Assembly: GCA_000002435.2 (NCBI GenBank)
Contig: CM018793.1
Reading direction: 5' to 3' (one strand)
DNA: 64,000 bases
DNA from: Giardia intestinalis
Lineage: Eukaryota
In this document: positions 45,910-55,191 of the stretch, piece after piece
How positions within the stretch are numbered: the stretch's first letter is position 1
How the letters are laid out: every line of letters begins with the position of its first letter
Notes under the pieces: generated by a model
The model's input: the letters and a program-made list of their open reading frames with translations, nothing else
What the model was told of the DNA's origin: nothing
Databases searched by the model: none
Translations under genes and position numbers: made by a program

Positions 45910-48900
45910 TCAATCGAAGAGGAACTCTAAGAACTCTATAATTTCTACATGTCCCATTTTGTTTGCTATTTGACCTATTGTCTGACCAGCATTATCTACG
46001 ATATCGAATTCCTCGACAAGTAGTTTAACGCATTCTATGTGACCTGCCAGGACAGCGTGGATAGCCGCTGTCTGACCAAGGAGGTCCTGCTTGGTAAACT
46101 CATAATCGTGTAGAGCTTTGACAAGCTCAACATGGCCATGCTTGGCCGCGAAGATCAGAGCAGTATATCCATCGTCGTTTTGTCGCCGTATGAGAGAGGT
46201 TTCCATCTTCAGGATCTCACTGCAGATCTTCAAGATGCCATAGCGGGCAGTCATCATAAGTGCAGTGTCCTTTTTCCATGTAACCAAGTGTGTCTCTAGC
46301 GGGACAAGTAACAAGGCGCTGTTAACATTTCCGCTTTTGATAGCATACATGAGAGCGGAGAATCCATAATTATCTTGTTTTGTACACTCAACCGCCAGCA
46401 GTGCTCTGACAGCGTCAAAATTACCGTTTGCAGCGGCAAAGATCAATGCTGTCTGTCCTAGTTTGTTATGCATACCTTGCTCTATGGGGCACAGGACCTC
46501 CAGTATTTTCATCATCTGCCTGATTGTAGAACGTTCGTAAAGTACATAAGTGCTCTTTGGATACGATGCCTCTGCACCATGCTTCCCTTGAAGGATGCTG
46601 GTAGCATGGTGCAGAGCTGCTTGTATGGGCTCAATTTTGATACTGACTCTATGAGCAGTCAAAATAAGATGCATTAGGGCCGTATTTCCCTGGTTGTCTT
46701 GCATGCTCCCCTCCAAAGACGCCAGGACGCTAGCTACTGAATAATGAAGATGACTTACAGCGTACATGAGTGCTGTTTGCCCACGAATGTCTTTCATCCG
46801 GGCCTCCCATTTTGCGATGGTGAGGAGTAACTCTACATGTGTTGTCCAGGCAAGTGTACAAAGTTCATCCAATTCCTCCGGGTGACGTTTAATAAAACAT
46901 GAGGATATTCGCATAATCTTATCGCGCAGCATGATGCGGATATCTGTGTCTGCCTCATACTTATAGTAATCGGTCTCATCTAGGTAGTCACTGCTTGATT
47001 CATCGTCAAACTGAACCAAATTGTTGGGAACTCCGGTTCTTGTACTGATTACTTTCCCACTAGCACTGCATATTTGCGGACTTCTAGCAGACAATATAGT
47101 ATCTAGCGGCGCTGCTTCATAACCGGCAAAGGCCCTTAGAGCAGTACCTTGAACTATCTCCATACTTTCATCCTTTGGGTCTTTCTCAGAGTCCAATGAT
47201 GGGCTGTCACAAGTGGACACCTGATCGTTTTTAATGCTCAGCTTGGTGCCTTCGCTCTGACTTTTGCTTGTCCTGTTCATGGCAAACCGGCGCCTGGTCT
47301 GCTGCTTAAGCGCACGGATGCTCTGCTCTATGCTTTCCTCGTCACTGTCTAAAATATTCATCGGAAAGCTTACATTCACGCTTGCATAGGACCCTGTAAG
47401 TTCATGCTCAACCATGGTCACACTATACTCATGTGCACTGCTGTCTTCTACTCGTTGATCTTCAGCACTTGGGAGCACACCATCCTCTATCAATCCAAGC
47501 TTTTTTTGAAAGATTGTATTAACAGACTGCTGTGAGAGATTTGGATTGAGAAGATCAAAAAAAGTTTCTCGACCAAGACGCCTGAATAGCATTATATTTC
47601 GTTTAAGAGCACGTATTCGCTCTGCAAGGCCAACACCATGCTTGACTGCTAGCATAAGAAGCGTCTGTCCCTCGTTATTCTGCAACCCCGCCTCCTTTGG
47701 AAGAAGTCGGTCGATAGCACACAGGAATTGCCTCCAAGTTCTATCACGAATAAAATCATACAGGCTTTCCACGTCACTCCCATCCTCAATTTGCTTTAAG
47801 CGATGGCAGAGCTCCGTGTACATGACCTCCAAGGCCAGCATCGCAGCACTTGTCCCATCGTGGTCTTGCCGGCCACATTCATGCTCATGAAGCAGCTCCA
47901 TTACTAGGAAGTTCTTCTTTAGAATTGCTATCATATAGGCTGTTCGGCCGGGCTTAAACGTGGAGTCTAACTCTTGATCATTGGATATATCCCTGTTGGA
48001 CAAGAGATCAATGTTGGCCATCGATAGAGGTATCTTACTGCCACTCAAAGAAACGTCAACTATGCCATGTTTCCGAAGGTAGTGGGAGGTGATAACTTGT
48101 GCATGCTTGGGTCGTAGATGGTGGTGTACTACCGCTGCTGTTTCTTCGATGCTTCTTATTACCATTCCAACCTCTTTCTGAATGAGTACTTTCGTTATTT
48201 CGGGCATCTCATAGTAAATGCTTAACATGAGAGCCGAGATATTGTTGCGGGAGAAGATGCCTTGCTCATCGTTAACCAGTCTGGTAGCTATTCGATGCAT
48301 TTGATATCTGATACTGAGCATCAATGCAGTCCATCCTTCTGAATTCTGATACCGCTTCTCCGACTTGACCAGAAGCCGGGCGATCTTGAAATGCCCCTCC
48401 CTAACGGCAATCATTAGTGCTGTTTCTCCCTCGCAATTCTGAAGGCAGTGTTCTCTGTTGGCGAGCAGCTTTGCACACTCATAATACCCTAGCTCTGCAG
48501 CCATCATCAACGCACTATAGCCGCTGTTCATTTGCGCCTTTACTTCCATTTCTAACACGTAGTGCATGCACTTGTAGTTATTTCTCCTCACCAAGTACAT
48601 CAGTGCCGTTTCCCCCAAAGTAGTCCGACAGCATGTCTCTCTTTTACTAAGGAGTTTAATCATATCCTCGTTGTTATTGATGCATGCTAATATTAGTGCG
48701 GTTAAGCCCCGTGAGTTCTGCCTTCTGGCCTCTACCTCCAGCAACGTCTTTGCAGAATTTACTGATCCGTGAATTGTGATAAGCATCAGAGCAGTCATAT
48801 CTTCTTGCTTTGACAAAAGGGAACTTTCGTGCTCCATGAGGATGCGGATCAGCTTTATGTTCCCTTGCACTCCCGCTAACATTAGGGCAGTGTAGCCGTC

Positions 48901-49005
48901 AGCGTTGTACCACCCTCTACACCTATGCAACAGCCGGATTACCGTACCAGTGTCTCCTGCCAGAACTGCGCCAAACCACTCATTTGCTACTTGAGCCGAT
49001 CTCAT
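45910..49005 (-). CDS. Ankyrin-repeat protein (21.1 type) of ~1031 aa, with ankyrin repeats at both ends and a long central region.
   Basis: The first ATG is plus 'cat' 49003-49005 (the track's M at 49008 is GTG). The N-terminus is 'ANEWFGAVLAGDTGTVIRLL'. Ankyrin motifs include 'GYTALMLAGVQGNIKLIRIL', 'GLTALILACINNNEDMIKLL', 'GETALMIAVREGHFKIARLLV', 'GYTALIFAAKHGHVELVKAL' and 'GQTAAIHAVLAGHIECVKLLV'. Confidence 0.8.
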   Translation of the reverse strand: MRSAQVANEWFGAVLAGDTGTVIRLLHRCRGWYNADGYTALMLAGVQGNIKLIRILMEHESSLLSKQEDMTALMLITIHGSVNSAKTLLEVEARRQNSRGLTALILACINNNEDMIKLLSKRETCCRTTLGETALMYLVRRNNYKCMHYVLEMEVKAQMNSGYSALMMAAELGYYECAKLLANREHCLQNCEGETALMIAVREGHFKIARLLVKSEKRYQNSEGWTALMLSIRYQMHRIATRLVNDEQGIFSRNNISALMLSIYYEMPEITKVLIQKEVGMVIRSIEETAAVVHHHLRPKHAQVITSHYLRKHGIVDVSLSGSKIPLSMANIDLLSNRDISNDQELDSTFKPGRTAYMIAILKKNFLVMELLHEHECGRQDHDGTSAAMLALEVMYTELCHRLKQIEDGSDVESLYDFIRDRTWRQFLCAIDRLLPKEAGLQNNEGQTLLMLAVKHGVGLAERIRALKRNIMLFRRLGRETFFDLLNPNLSQQSVNTIFQKKLGLIEDGVLPSAEDQRVEDSSAHEYSVTMVEHELTGSYASVNVSFPMNILDSDEESIEQSIRALKQQTRRRFAMNRTSKSQSEGTKLSIKNDQVSTCDSPSLDSEKDPKDESMEIVQGTALRAFAGYEAAPLDTILSARSPQICSASGKVISTRTGVPNNLVQFDDESSSDYLDETDYYKYEADTDIRIMLRDKIMRISSCFIKRHPEELDELCTLAWTTHVELLLTIAKWEARMKDIRGQTALMYAVSHLHYSVASVLASLEGSMQDNQGNTALMHLILTAHRVSIKIEPIQAALHHATSILQGKHGAEASYPKSTYVLYERSTIRQMMKILEVLCPIEQGMHNKLGQTALIFAAANGNFDAVRALLAVECTKQDNYGFSALMYAIKSGNVNSALLLVPLETHLVTWKKDTALMMTARYGILKICSEILKMETSLIRRQNDDGYTALIFAAKHGHVELVKALHDYEFTKQDLLGQTAAIHAVLAGHIECVKLLVEEFDIVDNAGQTIGQIANKMGHVEIIEFLEFLFD

Positions 49006-49033
49006 CACGTCCTCCTAAAGGTGCAATTTTTTA

Positions 49034-50539
49034 TCAGTGTCTCCCCAATGACATGGTAACGTCACGCTGAAGAGAAATGGTACGCCCCTGTTTGAGCACA
49101 ACCGTGTTGCTGGCTCTCAGAGCCAGAGAAGCCAAAAACAGAGAGGCTGCCATTCGTCTCGATGATCCGGCTAATTCTGAAATCGAAAGGGGTGCCGAGG
49201 ACTGCCTTAGCATGGACAGCAATGTCAGCCCACTTTCGGGTATACTATCATGTTTATGTGAGTGGCTATCACCCTGTGCTGAAGCTTTTTCATTGAGTGG
49301 CGAGGCTTCACTATAGTCCGGCTCTGGGGGCTCCTCACACCCCACGGGAGTAGTGACCATGCAGTCCTCCTCTGGAAGATCTTCTTGTCTGAAACATTTC
49401 CAATTCTCCGAGACAATGGTCGCTAAGTCATGATACTCTGGCTCAGACCAATTGAAAGTGATATCTGGTTTATTGACTACCTCTTGAATTGGATGCCTAT
49501 CTCTAAAGTCTATGAAGATGGAGGCTACTACTTGATCTGGTGGCCTATACGCATACTTCTGCATAGTACTGTGATGCATACGTGCCTGCTTATCGAAAAG
49601 GAATGATGGGGGTCTGGTTCTCTTTGCAGCGACTGTGGCAGTGCTGCTCTTCTTCGCTGGATTCTTTATCTCTCTAACGGTGACGGTAACATCTGGAAGC
49701 TTGTCAGAGGTATTGGCCAAGAAAAGGCTCGTCAACTTCTGCGAGGCCTCCAGAAATGCGCTGCCAGACACATCAAACGCGTGTTTGGACAGCAAAGAAC
49801 TATGCATGGCATGCCCAGTGACAACCTGGCTTGTATCGAGGTCATTGAGCCCAATTTCAGAGGTGGCACGTACAAGCTCCCCCTCGACCGCACGGACTTG
49901 CATGTCGGCGTCTGAATTATTTGCCAAAGAAATAGAGCCCATCATACTATCATGGAAAGGATCTTGTGATTCTGGATTGGTGAGGGAGAAGGGAACATTT
50001 GTTGCTTTAGAGAATGACAGTAGATCGCTTTCAGTATCTTCTTTCAGTAGATTGGCCCATACACCCCCTGGTAACTGGTGTACAAAATCGAGATTTCTTG
50101 GATATTCTTGGTCTTCGAGGCTGTCCTCTTTAGATTGAGTGCCAAATATGGAAGAGATCAGCGCATTATGCCGAGTAGTCTTATTAGCTACAATGGTAGA
50201 GAAATGTAATGAGAGACCTAGGGCTCGTGGGCCTGCACTCTTGGCCACTGCTGAAGAAGCCTTCCGAGTGGATTTGGCCAAGGACAAAAGCTGGTGCATC
50301 TTACGCGCAACGCTAAGCACAGTGGATGATTTGTATGTTTGTATCAAAACGACACCAGAGAGAATAATGGAAAAATCCTGCAGAGTGCTATAATTTGCTT
50401 TTAAAAGCACTTCTATGAGTGTCGCTAATCGGACGCTTCTAAGAGAAGCGCTTGCAATGTGGCCAGTAAACCCCGATGTCCATACAGTCAGCACTGCGGG
50501 GTTGTCCTGCGCAGACTCCTGCGGCTCGGCCACTGTCAT
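49034..50539 (-). CDS. Hypothetical protein of 501 aa, a candidate divergent Rad21/Rec8-like kleisin.
   Basis: The ATG start is plus 'cat' 50537-50539. The N-terminal segment 'DFSIILSGVVLIQTYKSSTVLSVARKMHQLL' resembles the kleisin N-terminal helix '[30 protein letters not shown]'. The C-terminus 'SSRRMAASLFLASLALRASNTVVLKQ' resembles the kleisin winged-helix 'SRKQAARTFYYLLVL....I.LEQ'. This rests on recalled motifs, not a search. Confidence 0.5.
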   Translation of the reverse strand: MTVAEPQESAQDNPAVLTVWTSGFTGHIASASLRSVRLATLIEVLLKANYSTLQDFSIILSGVVLIQTYKSSTVLSVARKMHQLLSLAKSTRKASSAVAKSAGPRALGLSLHFSTIVANKTTRHNALISSIFGTQSKEDSLEDQEYPRNLDFVHQLPGGVWANLLKEDTESDLLSFSKATNVPFSLTNPESQDPFHDSMMGSISLANNSDADMQVRAVEGELVRATSEIGLNDLDTSQVVTGHAMHSSLLSKHAFDVSGSAFLEASQKLTSLFLANTSDKLPDVTVTVREIKNPAKKSSTATVAAKRTRPPSFLFDKQARMHHSTMQKYAYRPPDQVVASIFIDFRDRHPIQEVVNKPDITFNWSEPEYHDLATIVSENWKCFRQEDLPEEDCMVTTPVGCEEPPEPDYSEASPLNEKASAQGDSHSHKHDSIPESGLTLLSMLRQSSAPLSISELAGSSRRMAASLFLASLALRASNTVVLKQGRTISLQRDVTMSLGRH

Positions 50540-50554
50540 ATTAAAAATTTAACG
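50540..50554. promoter_or_regulatory. A 15-nt A/T-rich bidirectional initiator ('attaaaaatttaacg') between divergent ATGs (kleisin-like on the minus strand, NEK-like pseudokinase on the plus strand).
   Basis: ATGs lie at 50539..50537 (-) and 50555..50557 (+). Confidence 0.45.
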
Positions 50555-51463
50555 ATGCTTAAGCTTCCTGAGTACAGGCATGGGAAAGAGGTTGTGTTGT
50601 CAGCATCAGAGTTTTCCGTTACTTACCGAGCCATCAGACTGAAAGACCTGGCCGATGTTGCTGTGAAAGTAACGGATACCGTGAAGCTGGCGGAATCTGG
50701 GCGTTCAGACTACCGTCACGAGTCTCGAGTACTTCAGAATGCAGTGCATCCGCATATACTGCGCGCTGTGTATGGATACTATGATGAGGAGACCAAGAAG
50801 TTCCTGTTAGAAACAGAGTACTGCCGCGGTGGATCTCTTTGGGGACTAATGGCCTGGATGCGGAAGAGTGATATGCGTTTTTCTGAGCAAGAGGTCTGGG
50901 AACTGTTTGCTCAATTGGTGAGTGCATTGCACTACCTGCATAAGACCAACGAGCACATTGGGATAACTGCGCATTTGAATCTTCGCCCTGACAACGTTCT
51001 TCTTACTCAAGACGGTATTTTGAAACTTTGTGGCTTTGGATATAGCGCTACTAGGGAGCCCAACAAGCTATTTACGCTGCGCAATCCTGGAACCGCCTAT
51101 CATGCCCCCGAGGTTGTAGCATTTACCAACTCTCAAGGTAGTAGTGAGGGGTACACGGAAGCAGCTGATATCTGGAGCCTTGGCTGCATGATTTATGAAC
51201 TCTGCACGTTTAGGCGCATAGAGAATGAGCCTGTATCGTCCTTCAACCCATTACCGGAGAACCTTGAAACACCAGGGTATGCGGATGACCTTCTCATCCT
51301 TATAAAGGCGTGTCTTGCTCCCAACCCCAGGGAGCGAATCACAGCAGAGCTTCTTATGGCCAGTCCCCCAATTCAAGCCGCATACGCTAGAATTAACGAT
51401 ATCTTGAAAGCAGGAAGAAAGTGGTCTGGGCTGATCATAGAGATGCAGCGTGAACTGCGTTAG
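50555..51463 (+). CDS. NEK-like Ser/Thr protein kinase fold, predicted catalytically dead (pseudokinase), ~302 aa.
   Basis: The ORF track start is GTG, so I re-anchored on ATG 50555 (MLKLPEYRHG). Kinase subdomains are present ('AVKV' VAIK-Lys, 'YHAPE', 'DIWSLGC'), but there is no GxGxxG loop, HRD is replaced by HLN ('HLNLRPDNVLL') and DFG by GFG ('LCGFGYS'). Confidence 0.8.
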   Translation: MLKLPEYRHGKEVVLSASEFSVTYRAIRLKDLADVAVKVTDTVKLAESGRSDYRHESRVLQNAVHPHILRAVYGYYDEETKKFLLETEYCRGGSLWGLMAWMRKSDMRFSEQEVWELFAQLVSALHYLHKTNEHIGITAHLNLRPDNVLLTQDGILKLCGFGYSATREPNKLFTLRNPGTAYHAPEVVAFTNSQGSSEGYTEAADIWSLGCMIYELCTFRRIENEPVSSFNPLPENLETPGYADDLLILIKACLAPNPRERITAELLMASPPIQAAYARINDILKAGRKWSGLIIEMQRELR

Positions 51464-51539
51464 AGCACTCAATCATAAATTCATACTGTGCCTGTTCGCT
51501 GTGTTTGTTCATAAGGTAAAGGGCCCCAAAATAAAAATC

Positions 51540-51734
51540 ATGGAGGAGTGGCTATTGACTCTAATTGTGACGTTATCCATTGTTTCGTCGTCGCTTGTTA
51601 GCGCTACAATCTACTATACGGTTCGGTGTATTCGTGCGAAGAGGACTAAGCGCTCACACTCATCATCGCGTTCGCACTCCTCACAGCCGGAGTCTGATAA
51701 GAATGCCAGCGAGAGATCAGACAATATAGACTAA
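51540..51734 (+). CDS. Possible small single-pass membrane protein of 64 aa with a hydrophobic N-terminus and a basic Ser-rich tail.
   Basis: The ATG is preceded by 'ccaaaataaaaatcATG'. The sequence is 'MEEWLLTLIVTLSIVSSSLVSATIYYTVRCIRAKRTKRSHSSSRSHSS...'. It is short, so uncertain. Confidence 0.3.
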   Translation: MEEWLLTLIVTLSIVSSSLVSATIYYTVRCIRAKRTKRSHSSSRSHSSQPESDKNASERSDNID

Positions 51735-51850
51735 TTTCCTCGTGGAGTAGTCATCGCATCACTGGGTTCGATCTCTACTTCCAGGAATAAATTCTTCATC
51801 AGTTTGCGGGTTTTTAGAAAAGAGCTAAAAAACATTGCTGCAGCAGCCGG

Positions 51851-54800
51851 ATGTCGCGTGGTGGAAGCCAGCTTGAAGGTTGGTTTTCGTGGGCGATTAA
51901 AGGCGACTATGAGAAAATAAAGGAGAACTCATATATCTATGCTCGGAAGACCACAGATCATGACATGACTGCCCTGATGTACGCGGCTGTCTATGGGCAC
52001 GTAGAGATAGTGAGGCTTCTTTCAACGTTAGAGCAAGGCATACGGAACAGTTACGGCTTTACTGCCTTAATGCTCTCTGTTCTACGCGATGATGTTGAAC
52101 CTTTTCAGATGACACCAGATGACATGAGCGAGAACACCCTTGCTTCAATAAATCGGCGGTATGACTATACAACTCGGAAAAGCCATCGACGGGAAATTAT
52201 GATGGAGCTAGTTGATGGCGAGCTGTCTATCCGAGACCCCAGAGGGCGTACTGCGCTAATGCTTGCCGTTGAACATGGAAACCGCGATGCAGTAGAGTTT
52301 CTTCTGAACAAGGGTGGCGAGATGACGACAGATTGTGGGTGGAATCCGCTTATGCATTCAATTATACGGCAAAACATGCACGAATTTAACAAACACTACG
52401 ACAGATACAGCAGAAAGCGGAATATGTCGCGGCAAACCCCCCTCATGCAGGCTGCTATGATGGGGAATATCTCTATGGTGGAGAAGCTAATAGACACTAG
52501 CACAAGAAAGCAGGACATCCGGGGCTTGACTGCACTAATGTATGCATCCAAGGTTAACGAGGTGGAAGTGCTTAATTTACTGAAGGAGAAGGAAAACAAG
52601 ATGACAGACAAGGCGGGGATGACTGCTCTCATGTATGCTGCGGCGCGGGGGTTTTCAGAAGCAGTGGCAGCGCTTAAAGACCTTGAACATGGTCAGAAGG
52701 ACTTGTATGGTTGGTCCTCGCTTATATATTCTTGTCTCTCCAATAATCTCCAGTCTGCAATGCTTTTGCGATCGGCAGAGTCTCACATAGTGGACAAGTC
52801 CGGCACCACCGCCCTTATGTACGCAGCTGTACTTAATAGGATTGATATTATACATATTCTCATGAACGATCTTATCCTAAAGACAGATGAAGATGGCACG
52901 ACCGCCCTTATGCATGCGGCTGTCTTCAACAGAACGGACGCGGTCCGGATATTGGCCAACTACGAGACCAAGCTCACAGATTCTAACGGTCTTACTGCGC
53001 TTCATCACGCAGTGACTCACAACCATATAGAAGTAGTCAAGCTATTGATTCCAAGTGAATATTCCATGCGGGATTCGTGTGGAAGGACGGCCTTGTACCG
53101 TGCGATTGAGCTGGGGTACCTGGGCCTTGTGCAAGTGCTTGGGCCAATGGAGAAGGATGGTCCCCTTCCCACTGGTTGGACGCGGTTGATGGTCTGCACT
53201 ATTGCAAACAAAGTTGACTGCTTTTCACAGTACATTCATGAAGCTAAGTCGTTCATTCCTACTGGGGAAACCGCACTGATACTAGCCGTCCAATACTCAA
53301 CACTTGTGACTATTCAGGCACTCTTGCAATATGAGGCAACCTTATCGAATAGCCGGACAGGTCGGACTTCACTCATGTATGCAGCCTCCCAGGGCCGTGA
53401 GGATGTGGTACCACTGCTTTTGCTCAGTGAGAAAATGATGCAGGACAAGGAGGGTTTAACGGCGACAATGATTGCTGTCATCTCTGGTAACACTTCTGTC
53501 TTGAAGGCATTACTGACCGTTCCTTTTAGCACTGGGCAGAGTCCTGCACCCTTTGAGGTAGGCATGAAAGACATATACGGTCAAACCGCTCTTATGAAAG
53601 CAGCAGTATTAGGAAATCGAGAAGCAGTGGAGATGCTGTTGCCATTTGAGTCAGGCCTACAAGACTGGAATGAAAGGTGTGCAATAATGTACGCGCAGAA
53701 TAGAGGACACGTTGATCTTGTCTCTATGTTACTTCCTTTCGAGGGGAAAATAAGGGATAAACTAGGAAACACATACCAATCATATAAGTTAGGCGAAGGT
53801 CTGGATTTTAAAGTACCTATGAGCGATCTAATAGTTAGCGGAGACCATACGTCGTCTGCGGCCTCAAGGGGCATTCGACTAGACTCCATACAAGAAGAGT
53901 CTGTCGATGTTTATAGAACTGCTCACACAGATGAGAACACCCATCTGACCTCACTTTCTGTGCGGCGAAACGACGTCGTGGAAGACGAGCACCAGTCAAT
54001 TATACGAATAGGGTTTAGCATGGATGGGAGCTCACGCGTTATTGAGGTGCCTAGGAGCATTGGAGATAGGTCTGGTACTGACCATCCCAACGCCAAGCGT
54101 GGGATTTTGTTAGACAGCACGATTGATGATTCTGATCAGCACTCTCTCGGGACTCCACGAATCATTCATGAGCAGAATTCAAGTAGGCTTACAGCGAGAA
54201 TTTCTTCCTTATTGGCTGCCTCTCCACATGTCGAGGACATCGACGCCCCTCTTCAGATACTTTCGAAGCAAACCATCAATAAGTTAGGTAAAGCCAGTGA
54301 AAGGCATGAGCTACCTGATTTAGAAGCCTACACAATTGAGCCAAACGCATCTCTCACAGACCCTACTACCTCTCAGAGTTTAGGCACTAGCGATTTTAGT
54401 TCTAAAAAGATGTTTCGGCCTAATTCAAATTCAACTAGAGAGCCCATCAAGGACACTAATTCGGCCATTTCGTATTTGTCGCAGCTGGTTCCAATGGTTC
54501 CAATTACTGAACACTCTCCTCCCAATGATCCTCCTGTCCCAAAGCCTGAGCGTTTGCTACCCACTGCAGAGTTTTCCAACTCTGTATCATCGGTTCCCAT
54601 TGTCGACGCTCCGACCAATATACCTTATGCACTTATTAGAGAAAACAACGTAATATATAGAATCCCTGTTCATAGTGGAGTGCAGCAGGCCACCGGAGCG
54701 TATCCTCCCTACACCTTCATGGAGAATATTACTCAGCCTTATCAACAAAACTTACCCTATCAAGCATTACCGTCGTTACCACAAATGCAATCACTATCAT

Positions 54801-55135
54801 CTCTGCAAACAAAGTATGAATTCCCACCGTTTCCTACAATTCCAGACGTTGCTTATCCATGTATAAACTACTCTGCCCCATTGCAATCTGCACACCCGGG
54901 TCCACAGCGAGTCAATCAGCAACCCAAGCCTCTCATGTTCTCCTCTATTCAGCCACTATCAACGCCCTCTGAGAAGGAATGTTGCACTCCTGAGTCCCGG
55001 GTTACGGTGCTTGCAAAGCCATGCAAACACATCTTTTCTCTACCCTGTGAAAAGATCGATAGTAACAATCTAAACTTAACTTGTCCTATTTGTCACAATG
55101 CAGTAACATGTATAATTCCCGAAAATAAGAATTAG
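51851..55135 (+). CDS. Ankyrin-repeat protein (21.1 type), 1094 aa, with about 20 ankyrin repeats, a Pro/Gln-rich linker and a C-terminal Cys/His cluster (a degenerate RING-like zinc finger).
   Basis: It has an ATG start and the N-terminus 'LEGWFSWAIKGDYEKI'. Ankyrin motifs include 'MTALMYAAVYGHVEIVRLL', 'GRTALMLAVEHGNRDAVEFLL', 'GTTALMYAAVLNRIDIIHIL' and 'GTTALMHAAVFNRTDAVRIL'. The C-terminus is '...ECCTPESRVTVLAKPCKHIFSLPCEKIDSNNLNLTCPICHNAV'. Confidence 0.8.
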   Translation: MSRGGSQLEGWFSWAIKGDYEKIKENSYIYARKTTDHDMTALMYAAVYGHVEIVRLLSTLEQGIRNSYGFTALMLSVLRDDVEPFQMTPDDMSENTLASINRRYDYTTRKSHRREIMMELVDGELSIRDPRGRTALMLAVEHGNRDAVEFLLNKGGEMTTDCGWNPLMHSIIRQNMHEFNKHYDRYSRKRNMSRQTPLMQAAMMGNISMVEKLIDTSTRKQDIRGLTALMYASKVNEVEVLNLLKEKENKMTDKAGMTALMYAAARGFSEAVAALKDLEHGQKDLYGWSSLIYSCLSNNLQSAMLLRSAESHIVDKSGTTALMYAAVLNRIDIIHILMNDLILKTDEDGTTALMHAAVFNRTDAVRILANYETKLTDSNGLTALHHAVTHNHIEVVKLLIPSEYSMRDSCGRTALYRAIELGYLGLVQVLGPMEKDGPLPTGWTRLMVCTIANKVDCFSQYIHEAKSFIPTGETALILAVQYSTLVTIQALLQYEATLSNSRTGRTSLMYAASQGREDVVPLLLLSEKMMQDKEGLTATMIAVISGNTSVLKALLTVPFSTGQSPAPFEVGMKDIYGQTALMKAAVLGNREAVEMLLPFESGLQDWNERCAIMYAQNRGHVDLVSMLLPFEGKIRDKLGNTYQSYKLGEGLDFKVPMSDLIVSGDHTSSAASRGIRLDSIQEESVDVYRTAHTDENTHLTSLSVRRNDVVEDEHQSIIRIGFSMDGSSRVIEVPRSIGDRSGTDHPNAKRGILLDSTIDDSDQHSLGTPRIIHEQNSSRLTARISSLLAASPHVEDIDAPLQILSKQTINKLGKASERHELPDLEAYTIEPNASLTDPTTSQSLGTSDFSSKKMFRPNSNSTREPIKDTNSAISYLSQLVPMVPITEHSPPNDPPVPKPERLLPTAEFSNSVSSVPIVDAPTNIPYALIRENNVIYRIPVHSGVQQATGAYPPYTFMENITQPYQQNLPYQALPSLPQMQSLSSLQTKYEFPPFPTIPDVAYPCINYSAPLQSAHPGPQRVNQQPKPLMFSSIQPLSTPSEKECCTPESRVTVLAKPCKHIFSLPCEKIDSNNLNLTCPICHNAVTCIIPENKN

Positions 55136-55191
55136 TCTTTTCGGTGTAAACTTATAGATATAAGTTTGGACTCCTCTAGATATTAAAACCT

